Under the pieces are notes generated by a model. The model ran no database searches. It was not told where the DNA came from and worked only from the letters and a program-made list of their open reading frames with translations. The translations under genes and the position numbers were made by a program. A stretch of 20,000 nt of DNA from Rotaria socialis (Eukaryota): positions 46,210 through 66,209 of the forward strand of contig CAJNYD010000596.1 of the NCBI GenBank assembly GCA_905331295.1. The letters are read 5' to 3'. Shown one piece after another: positions 11,269-20,000 of this stretch (the stretch's first letter is position 1; every line of letters starts with the position of its first letter).

Positions 11269-11599
11269 ACTAAATAGTTTGCTTTTTTTCAGACGAAACT
11301 AATCAATAGCAATGATAAAGTCATAAAATAAATTTCCAATCAACTAAGAACAATTCTTAGATGCAGTCAAATAGTAAAATTAGCCAATTCAAAAACTACA
11401 AATATAATAAACACGTACTCAGTTGTTAATAATCGATGGTACAATCTCCCAAAAATTTCAAAAGATTACTGCTTGTCCACATAACGCGCTACTTTTCTAA
11501 TCAAGTTTTAATAGGTTTTTTCGATACGGACAATCTAAGAGTATTTTCTGGTATAATTTTTTTATGTTGATTGTGAATTTGGACTTTTTTCTTAACAAA

Positions 11600-11745
11600 A
11601 TTGAGTTTTGACATCGAAAACGCGTTTTAAAGTTTTCAAAAATCGTATTTTCAATTTTCTTACCAAGAAATTTAAAACAGAAATGCAGACTAATATACCG
11701 TTCGATAGAGAATTTGATTCTCTACAAAATGGCCTATTTTATTTT
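11600..11745. repeat. Probable dispersed-repeat (MITE-like) remnant with a palindromic core; boundaries approximate
   Basis: ATACCGTTCGA-TAGAGAAT-TTG-ATTCTCTA-CAAAATGG: perfect 8-bp stem at 11706-11713/11717-11724 extended imperfectly by CCGTT/AATGG. Resembles palindromic cores I recall from invertebrate non-autonomous DNA repeats. No TIR or TSD was found. Confidence 0.4.
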
Positions 11746-14700
11746 TATTCTCATTCCTCAGAACAACTTCTAAGCTCTTGTACAGTTTCTAACTTACTGT
11801 ACAATTATTGAGCTCCTATTTCAATGTCGCAACTTGATTTCTTTTATAAAAGGATATATGTACGGCAGTAATCAATACATATAAACATTAAAAAATTTTC
11901 AACATGTGAAGTGCTTCAAATTTGGTTGACAAAAACATGTGTCACAGCGTTACGTTTAGACTAGCCAATTATACAGTTTTTTTGTGACACTTAAAAACCA
12001 GTTTCTTCTATAATTACAATCGGTTTAATCCTATCAAACACAATTTCTGAGGAAGAAAAAAAGCAATGGATTATTTCCGATTACATAATCATTAATCTAC
12101 GAATATCATGTGTTTGATAGCTTTACTATGTAGTTTCACACTCAAAATACTTTTTTTTATGCATGTAGTATCCAATACAGTACAAATAGAGATGTGAGTT
12201 GTTAAGTTGCAAGTTAATACTAAAAAAATGAACACACCCTCAAATTGGCTAATTTACCGAACAAAAAGAGTACATTTGAAAATTAAGGATGGAACTATGC
12301 AAAATCTCATTCAAGGAATATTCGCAGATAAACATTACCATATTTCATATAATAGAAAAACAGAGTTTTGTCTGGAATCGTTAATGACTTATGATACAAC
12401 AACGATAGCCAGTTTACATTTAGAAGTAATTTTCAAAGCTAACGTAAAAACAAAAATTGAATTAAAATTAATTTGTAATAGGTTATTATCAAAAATATTA
12501 AAATTCCATTAATTGTTCTGGCTAATATCGACTAAACACATAAAATACAATCGATTCTTATTAAAAATGAGTCAAAACAATGAATGAAATTTTAATATTT
12601 GCGATTTCTGCTTGATCATAAATTATTCTTAATCGAATAGTCACGGAATTCTTCTCTACACCAATTGCACAAGTGAAATAATGATTAGCGAAAAATTTGT
12701 AACAATATCGTCTGGAGTAGTTTGTAAAAACGTTTATCCGATCGAACTAACCACTCACGATTTTTCGTATGATAAAGTCTTGTAAACGCACATTTGATCT
12801 CACGATAGAGATCTATATCTAATAGAATTCGATCGCGTCCAATTAGATTTCATTTTCTAATGTTGAGTTCTATGCTAGATGAGTACGTTAAATTAAAAAT
12901 AATAAGGCAAACATTTCGACATAGGTACAGAACGACTGACACATGAAACAGAGTAGACCATTTGTACATGTCAATGGAAATCTTCCCTGTATCAAACATA
13001 ATAATCGTCAGAATTGAACAAAATACCCTATTGAAATGTTTATTGCAAGCTCTACATTCTATGCATCTGTCTGTTACAATGTTAGGTAGCATAGTTAGGG
13101 TTCAAATAACTCACAATACTCTTCTGCCATCATTTACGATCCTACTTTTCCAATTTTTTTGATTGCGACGAGTCAAAATAATATCATAAGTTGAAAGCTA
13201 CCTACTTTTATGGTGGTATATGCAGGTAATCGGAAAGAAAACAGGTAGGCAAGAAAAACTGATCATTTATACAAGTAAACATCGATATAGAAGAAAAAAA
13301 ACAAAGAAGAAAAGCATGACAGAAACTGCATCATTACTAGATAAAAATAAAATGAAAAAAAAACAGGGAGAAATGGTAAGAGAGCAATCATGCGAAGCTT
13401 CCTCGTCAACAAATGGCGTTTGAGACATTTGAAACTGTGAATTAAATGTTAACAAAAGCTCGTACCATAAAAAGCATCATAGTCATTTGTAGAATATAGA
13501 ATTGATAAGTAGTTGTGTAATTCATTGTAGTCGACGAGCTACTGTATTATTGAATAATTCATAGAACGTTAAGTCCTTCAGAAATCATGTGCAGTTGTTT
13601 AAAAAAAAAAGAAATTTGATGTGAGTTTTCTAGAATTGTTTCGGATTTCTATATTATCATATTTTTAATTCGAGAACTAAAGAAAATTACTAAATATCCA
13701 TTGCTTAACTATGAAATATTGTATTGATCTAATTCTGCAGAGTACTTAATAATCAAATGCGAATATTAGTTATGTTATACATAGCCAACCAGTTTAACTA
13801 TTTCTAGTCTTACTGATAGAACTAAATCTGTTATTCCATTATTTATATTACTAATAAAAAACAGCATCAAAATTATGAATTTTGTTTGTGACGGTTGAGT
13901 GATGAAAAACTAACTACTGAATACATAGTCATTTGATAAAATCATCTATTATATTTGATCATATCATCGCTACGAAAATTTGCTCGGACGGAAGCTGTCT
14001 TTTTGTTGATTTCAATCTTAATTGGCAACTGACTCATGATAACTTTGTTTTCGTTATAACTTCATAGCTGATGGTCCCTATGTATCAACATTTCAGTTTT
14101 ACAAGCAACGCAAAATTCACGGCTCTCGACCAAACTTGAGTATATTTCATGATCGATAGTTGTTTTGATTAAGAAAAGACTGAATTGAAAATATTTTTCT
14201 GCACTAATTGTATTGCACTTTTTTCAATCTGTATATTGTGAATCACGGTGAATTCTGTCACAAAGAACAAGTACAAATCATAGCATGTGAACCTTCGAGA
14301 ATTTACGAGAAAAAAAACGGTTTGAGCCAACGAACACAAGTACTACTTCACAATCTACAGAAATTAGATGCGCTACAACAGAGTAAGAGAATTGATTTAG
14401 TCATATCTTACATTGATATTTACTGCGACGCTAGCTCTACAGACTATCAAGAATTACCAACAAAAACAAAGGGAACTGTTTATCGACGAAAGACGCTTTA
14501 AGCTTATCACTATCGTCTGAATTCAGATCGAAGATTTCTGTTCTGGTCCCCGAAAACACCAAAGTTCCAGCATCTAACACGTTTTTACCTATTTGTCATT
14601 TTTCTCTTTATCTGTTAAGTTTGATCCAAGTAAAAACGAAACGTCAATTATTTACGCTGAAAATTTACTTTCAACTTGCACAACAATTTTTGAAAACTCA

Positions 14701-14833
14701 TGTTTGCTCCTGTGTTATCTTTGTTGGCAAAAATATCGAAACTAACTATTTACATAAAGTAGTTAAGTACGTGATTCATGCCTGTGCTAGACTGTGTCTG
14801 AGGACTAAATGATCATAATTCATTGATTTATAA

Positions 14834-15349
14834 TTTTCCCTAGACTGAAAGGATAGGGTCTAGAAGCCGTAATTCACCTGTGTCTGTCTGCCTGTCTGTA
14901 GCAATAGTACAAATGACCATTTCTGTGGTACAAACCATGGATGGGTGCATGACATGGCCACGTAAAACAGTCCGCTCTGGAGATCGGGCGAGTGGAGGGG
15001 CGAGCTGATTCTCTACGGAATTTTGAGCTAACCATCACGAAATTTCTGAACCATATATTTTTGTAGATAGGTAAGAGTCAGACTCTGCCCTCCTTAAGGA
15101 CCTTTGAGTCCCATTTTGTCCGTCTTTCGTCTTCACTTTCAGTGCTTTTACTTGAGATCTTTAATTTTCGTCTAATTCTTACCTCAATTTCATTTATTCC
15201 CACTCCCTTTACAGGCCTGTTTGAAAATATCATCACCAGCTGCTCGCACGAACAACCGATTTCCTGTCCTGTCCATGCATTTGTTCTCCTCAGCACTGTC
15301 AGCCTAGGGCCCAGTGAGTCGACTTTCGGTGCCGATGAACGTTACTTGT
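14834..15349 (+). mobile_element. DINE-1/HINE-like non-autonomous Helentron-associated element (~516 bp)
   Basis: 5' T-run; subterminal IR CCCTAGACTGAAAG (14838-14851) matching the reverse complement of CTGTCAGCCTAGGG (15296-15309) at 12/14; short internal IR GTCTAG (14858-14863); (GTCT/GCCT)n microsatellite at 14881-14899; degenerate 3' stem-loop at ~15318-15336; terminal TTACTTGT; no TSD; visibly GC-richer than the flanks. Confidence 0.72.
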
Positions 15350-16433
15350 GAGTATTGATAATAAATTTTTCATTTCGTACTATTGAATCTCGTTCGATTC
15401 TGCTTGTCTAATTGTAATTGGCAGATTTAACTACACAGTTTAAACTAATTACTGAAAATCTTCCAAAATATTTCGACTTCAATAGAATCTTCGAAGACTC
15501 TAAATATTGTCTAATGCCGATTTACCGAAGATCATTCGTACAGTACCCATATCATTATAATAATAAATCCTTATGAAAATTAAAGGTGCTTTTTAGGATT
15601 ATCTATTTTCATCAATTTAGCGCTGGATTTTACTGATGATCGCTTATCATCTACTATGCTTCAAACTTTTGTGTTTTAAACGATGTCGTATCGAGCCAGG
15701 AATCTTAAATAGAACTAATTACTGAAAGCAATATATATAGAATGTTTGAAAAGAAACAAGCCCGAGATATGAATTCGACAAGATTCAGTAAGAAGCAATG
15801 AGTGAGACATAAATTAGAGATGAAATGAATTTTTTCAAGCTTCTATGAACGAAAGAAATTAATACTCACAGAAACATTTTCGTGTTTTTAACAGCATACA
15901 AGTTGGTTAATAGATACTATCTTCGATTTATATTTTTTGCTTGACCGTCTCTTGATAACACAATAATTCTCTTTCTCATGGAGATGAAATTATATCTGCA
16001 TTAACTTTCTAATGACGAAATGCTTGCTTTTATGATTAATATAGATTATATTTTGTTTTACGACAAAATTTTAGCGCAAAACTGATATATTGAGACTACA
16101 ACAATCCAGGAATTAAAAGGTATTAAATTGACTTATTGCATTGTTTTTTTAAATATGAAACGAATTCATAATATTCATGTATAAAAATGAAAATAATTTA
16201 GTGGTTAGTGGGAGAAAAATCGAACAATTTCTAAAATATTCTATGGTGCCATTTTTGACGTTATTATTCATACTCAATGTAAGTTGAACCTATTGTATTA
16301 GCTTGTTAGTCTTCGTAATACATTTCAAGAGTAAACTTGAATTCTGAAAATTCTACTATCAGGTATTATAAAATTAAACTAAATTGATATAATCTAAAAG
16401 CAAGCCAAATCATTTTATTCAGTAGGTAAATAA

Positions 16434-17132
16434 AAAGATCATATAATCAATCTATGAAACAATGAGCGATGGATTGAATGATGACACAAATGCTTCGAAA
16501 ACGATAAATTTATTTCATGAAATAAAAACTGATGGTACTGAGTCAAGTTGTTTGTGATTTATAATTGTGCTCTTCAAACTTCATATCAAATAGATGCTTA
16601 TTCAATATCTCAACTGATAGCTGAGAAAATTTCTGAATCTGTTCTTATTGATAAATAAAATTCAGTGTGTTAATCTACAGTTTAATAAATTCAGATAAAT
16701 AATATTCACATTTTTCACTTGGAAAAATTTACTTTGAGGAAATTTTGTTGATATTTTTTATGAAGCAATTTTCAATTATTTATTAATTCGAAGGTCACTG
16801 TTATGGTTTCAATGGAATGAGTATTAAAGCCATCGAAGTTCATCGTCAAATGCCATGCAAATTCATAAGTGAATCCGCTTATGCTTCTGTCTGCAATTCA
16901 TGTTCACATTCGTGGCTTTTAATGAAGTTCATTCTATGTAAAAATAGATTCAAATGAAAACACACAGAAAATATTCTGTTATCTTAGATCAAATATTATC
17001 TTTGAAATCTAGAAAACATCTAGAATATTTTTTTTAGATTGCTTAACTAAGTCGGACATCGCTGTTGAGTGCAGTAAGCGTGTTGACTCGTGAATTTTAT
17101 AGATTCTCATTCACATATGTCAACAATGTACA
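16434..17132 (+). pseudogene. Decayed plant-type (PLS-like) pentatricopeptide-repeat (PPR) protein pseudogene fragments
   Basis: Frame-shifted translations: YETMSDGLNDDTNASKTINLFHEIKTDG / VIYNCALQTSYQIDAYSISQLIAEKISESVLID (~16453-16653); HCYGFNGMSIKAIEVHRQMPCKFISESAYASVCNSCSHS (from 16796), matching the PPR signature YG.NG...A..L...M....F..VL.ACSHSGL; and, after an acceptor at 17036-17037, DCL-fs-SRTSLL...EFYRF-fs-HSHMSTMY (cf. MVDCLSR). Multiple stops and frameshifts. Confidence 0.75.
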
Positions 17133-17222
17133 ACTATCATCTTTTCGATATTTTCATATTACATGATAAATCGTCTAAAATTTGAATCGTGAAACTATCA
17201 ATATCGATTTATGTATATTTAT

Positions 17223-17899
17223 CAGCGCTGGAACCGGTTCCGGACCGGTTCAGAAAGTCAACTGGGCCGGCAAATACCGGAAAATCACCGGTTGAAATTT
17301 TAAAATAACTATCTTCATTTAGCTCTATAAACACAAGCAATACATTTCATTTTCTTTCACAGTAAAGAGAAATCAACGAAAGCGCGACAGCAGATCAATT
17401 TGGTTGGCCGATGCACTCTATTTTATTGACAGTGTTATTCTTTTTATCATACATAGTTGTAAAAATACTATTTGATAATAAAATCTGAAACGTCTATCTT
17501 TTATTTTCTACAGATTTGTTGATAGCTTTAATCATATTTCATCAAGAAGGTAAATTCTCTAAAGTATATTTTCAAATACTTTTCCTTAGAAGCTTCATCG
17601 GAAAATTTAGAGTATTCAGCTATCAGCATTCATAATGTGAGGAGCTGAGTCATACGATTTGAATAGGTCTATTTAACCATTAACTAACTGATATCATTGC
17701 TGGAACTCACTCTACCAGTTTTTATCGTATTTTGGCTATCTGAAATAATTTTCAAGGAATTAACTCCATTAGTTGTTGTCCGATTTGCCGGAATTGCACC
17801 GGTTTGAGAATAATTTATGTCCACCCGGACCGGACTGGTAAAAGTTTTTAACTGGCCGAACAGGGCCGGTTTATAGATTTCTTACCGGTTCCACCTCTG
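17223..17899. mobile_element. 677-bp hAT-type MITE
   Basis: TIRs CAGCGCTGGAACCGGT / reverse complement CAGAGGTGGAACCGGT (14/16). Perfect 8-bp TSD ATATTTAT at 17215-17222 and 17900-17907. Clustered subterminal CCGG/ACCGGT motifs at both ends. No transposase ORF. Confidence 0.93.
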
Positions 17900-18660
17900 A
17901 TATTTATTAATTCTCATGATATTTCAACATATCATCACCTTTTCATATGCAATATCTAACAAACGACATGAATAATTACAAAAGTGTATCCAATATTTCT
18001 AGAGGAGAAATGGTAATTTCTAATTCACTGATTTCTATGTTGATCAAGATTTATGGAAATAATATTTTTTGTTTATAATCAATTTTATATAACGGGAAAA
18101 CGTATTAGCTTAACAAATCCAGTTTTAATTTTTCCTCTATTAATGTTATAAGTCATATCACGAAAACTGGCTTTTAAAATTACTGCTAGCACGCCAATAA
18201 TGTGGTGGATGTTTCAAGCTAGTATTACATAGGATGACGTTTTAGACGATTCAAAATAATAATAGGAGTTGAAAGTATTCTTTCTAACAATTTTTATTTA
18301 ATCGAGAAACGAATGAAAGTTGATTCTGACTGAACTTAATGCTGATGATTTATCGCATTCTTATTTATGGACTTGATGTTTGATTTTTGCTTCGAGAAGT
18401 TTTAATTTGGGAAAGTTCTTACTGAAAAATTGTACTGAAGAAAGCGTCGGTAATGTTGGAGCAATTTGCTTGCCATCAGAATAGTCCAGACTTTCTCGCA
18501 TAATGTGAATAGAAAAACAAGATGTATCGTCGAAAAAAATAAGGCAAAATTTAATAGTTGTCTAGTCAAACCTGAATCTTTATTATTGGAATGATTTATG
18601 AAACAATAGAGATAATAATTCTTGTTACTGTTAATAATGACTGAGTTGAACATTGATCAT

Positions 18661-18790
18661 TAGGGGTATGACAGTTCAGTTTTAGTTCCTATCAAAAGAA
18701 CTATTCAGACAGTTCCTTAGATCTGATCTGTTCAGACAGCTCTTTCGTTCATTTAATCTGAACTTAGATCTGAGAACTGTTACACCCCTA
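18661..18790. mobile_element. 130-bp hAT-type MITE
   Basis: TIRs TAGGGGTATGACAGTTC / reverse complement TAGGGGTGTAACAGTTC (15/17). Perfect 8-bp TSD TTGATCAT at 18653-18660 and 18791-18798. Internal repeats TTCAGACAG x2 and CTTAGATCTGA x2. Confidence 0.93.
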
Positions 18791-19008
18791 TTGATCATAG
18801 ACATTTTGTTTTTGAAAATCAAGTCTGCAACCGTTTCAGTCATTTTCTTGACTTTTTCTTTCGAAAAATTGATGAGTGAGATTCTAACAATCAGTGTAGT
18901 GAGCGTTATTTGATTGGAAATTATGATCACTCGATCGCCTAAAAGTGTATCCACGAATCAAGTTTTACATCTTGAGTTTTTTATTGTTTTAGAGCAATAA
19001 AATTTCTA

Positions 19009-19028
19009 TCTCTCTCTCTCTCTCTCTC
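19009..19028. repeat. (TC)10 microsatellite
   Basis: Read directly. Confidence 0.85.
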
Positions 19029-20000
19029 AAAATGGGCAATTAATCATTTACGATTGACTGATATCATCAAATAGAATAAGTGTTTCTCGATGTCAAACAA
19101 ATTCGAATTATCACACCAGTAAAAATAACTGCAGATATGTACTTAGATCAGTCCAGAAGTAGTTACAGAGGTCTGATAATCCTTCAAAGGAGGATTCGAT
19201 CATTTTTTTCCTATACAGTGTGATAGAGAAAAGAAAACTGTATTTTTCTATGCTATTTGATCTTATTCTGACTAATCCTATGATAATAGAATTTCTATAA
19301 GATTTGTTTTTGTCGGACGTGCGCTGGTCGCACTATATCATATTCTGTGTTCCATACTCGTAATATCCTTGCCATTCTTAAGGGTGTAGGTATTTTGTTC
19401 TTATGTACTGCTCTACACCCACATCCTAGCCATCTCATTGTCTAATTCTGTTTTATCTTGTTTGGTCTGTTTGGGGTCTAAGTCTCGTCTGTTTTATATT
19501 TTTTCACATTTCCTGCATCATAGTTGCTTCAATAAGCGGTCACGACCTTTAACCTTAACTCCCGTGACCTTGATTCTACTTTTTGTTATTAGCTAACAGA
19601 AAAGTTCATGATTCAATACTCCAGAGAAAAAGCAATAGATAATATGTATAGTATTGGTCATCGATTATTCATTGTTTGAGGTCATCGAATGAATATAAAA
19701 TGAGACGTGCTGCTTTCCATTCTTGTGAGCACAAATATTTTCGAAAACATGGAACAAAGTATTGATTGTTGTCCAACAAAGCGACTAAGAACAACTTACG
19801 AAGAAAGTAAGATTTTCCCTTGGCTTATCTAAATATCGAATGCCATCTGAATTTATGCAATACAGATTCTTGTTCAACATTTGAATGTCTCTCGGGCGAG
19901 CTGATTTTCGATATTTTCGAATATTTCAATATGAAAGAAATTTTTCAATCTTTCTCCAATCTTAATTCATTCATCACATCATGTATATTCGACCGACGCC

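Noticed and set aside
12207..14812. Short ORFs between 12.2 and 14.8 kb (e.g. 12207-12512, 14208-14501)
   Set aside because: Mostly non-ATG starts, no recognisable motifs, and no consistent splice model; could be unrecognised decayed sequence.
15302..15310. AP-2 consensus GCCTAGGGC
   Set aside because: Part of the HINE-like element's subterminal repeat and 11 kb from the AP-2 gene; likely incidental.
15864..15880. Minus-strand ATGTTTCT|GTGAGT micro-exon candidate
   Set aside because: No downstream coding exon could be joined to it.
18003..18063. Peptide GEMVISNSLISMLIKIYGN, vaguely PPR-like
   Set aside because: Too short and out of the expected order to assign to the PPR pseudogene.

Overview
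AT-rich eukaryotic (animal) genomic DNA with very short GT-AG introns. The intron sizes and gene content suggest a bdelloid rotifer (inference). Left to right it contains: (1) an intron-retaining RUVBL2/Reptin pseudogene (minus, ~14-793) with a 68-bp hAT-type mini-element that duplicated an intron's splice donor; (2) a complete 8-exon AP-2 (TFAP2) transcription factor gene (minus, 1942-4094, 469 aa by my splice model), with a probable alternative first exon at 5599-5622 and AP-2-type sites in its own promoter and intron 1; (3) an uninterrupted 901-aa ORF (minus, 8563-11268) with an unusual architecture: HPD-less J-like domain, three ankyrin modules, ubiquitin-like domain, ZU5-like domain, and a C-terminal NEURL4/PARP-type ADP-ribosyltransferase-like domain, which is the most novel item; (4) a gene-poor right half holding a DINE-1/HINE-like element (14834-15349), a decayed plant-type PPR pseudogene (~16434-17132) and two more hAT-type MITEs with perfect 8-bp target-site duplications (17223-17899, 18661-18790). 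Domain calls come from motif recognition by eye, not database searches.
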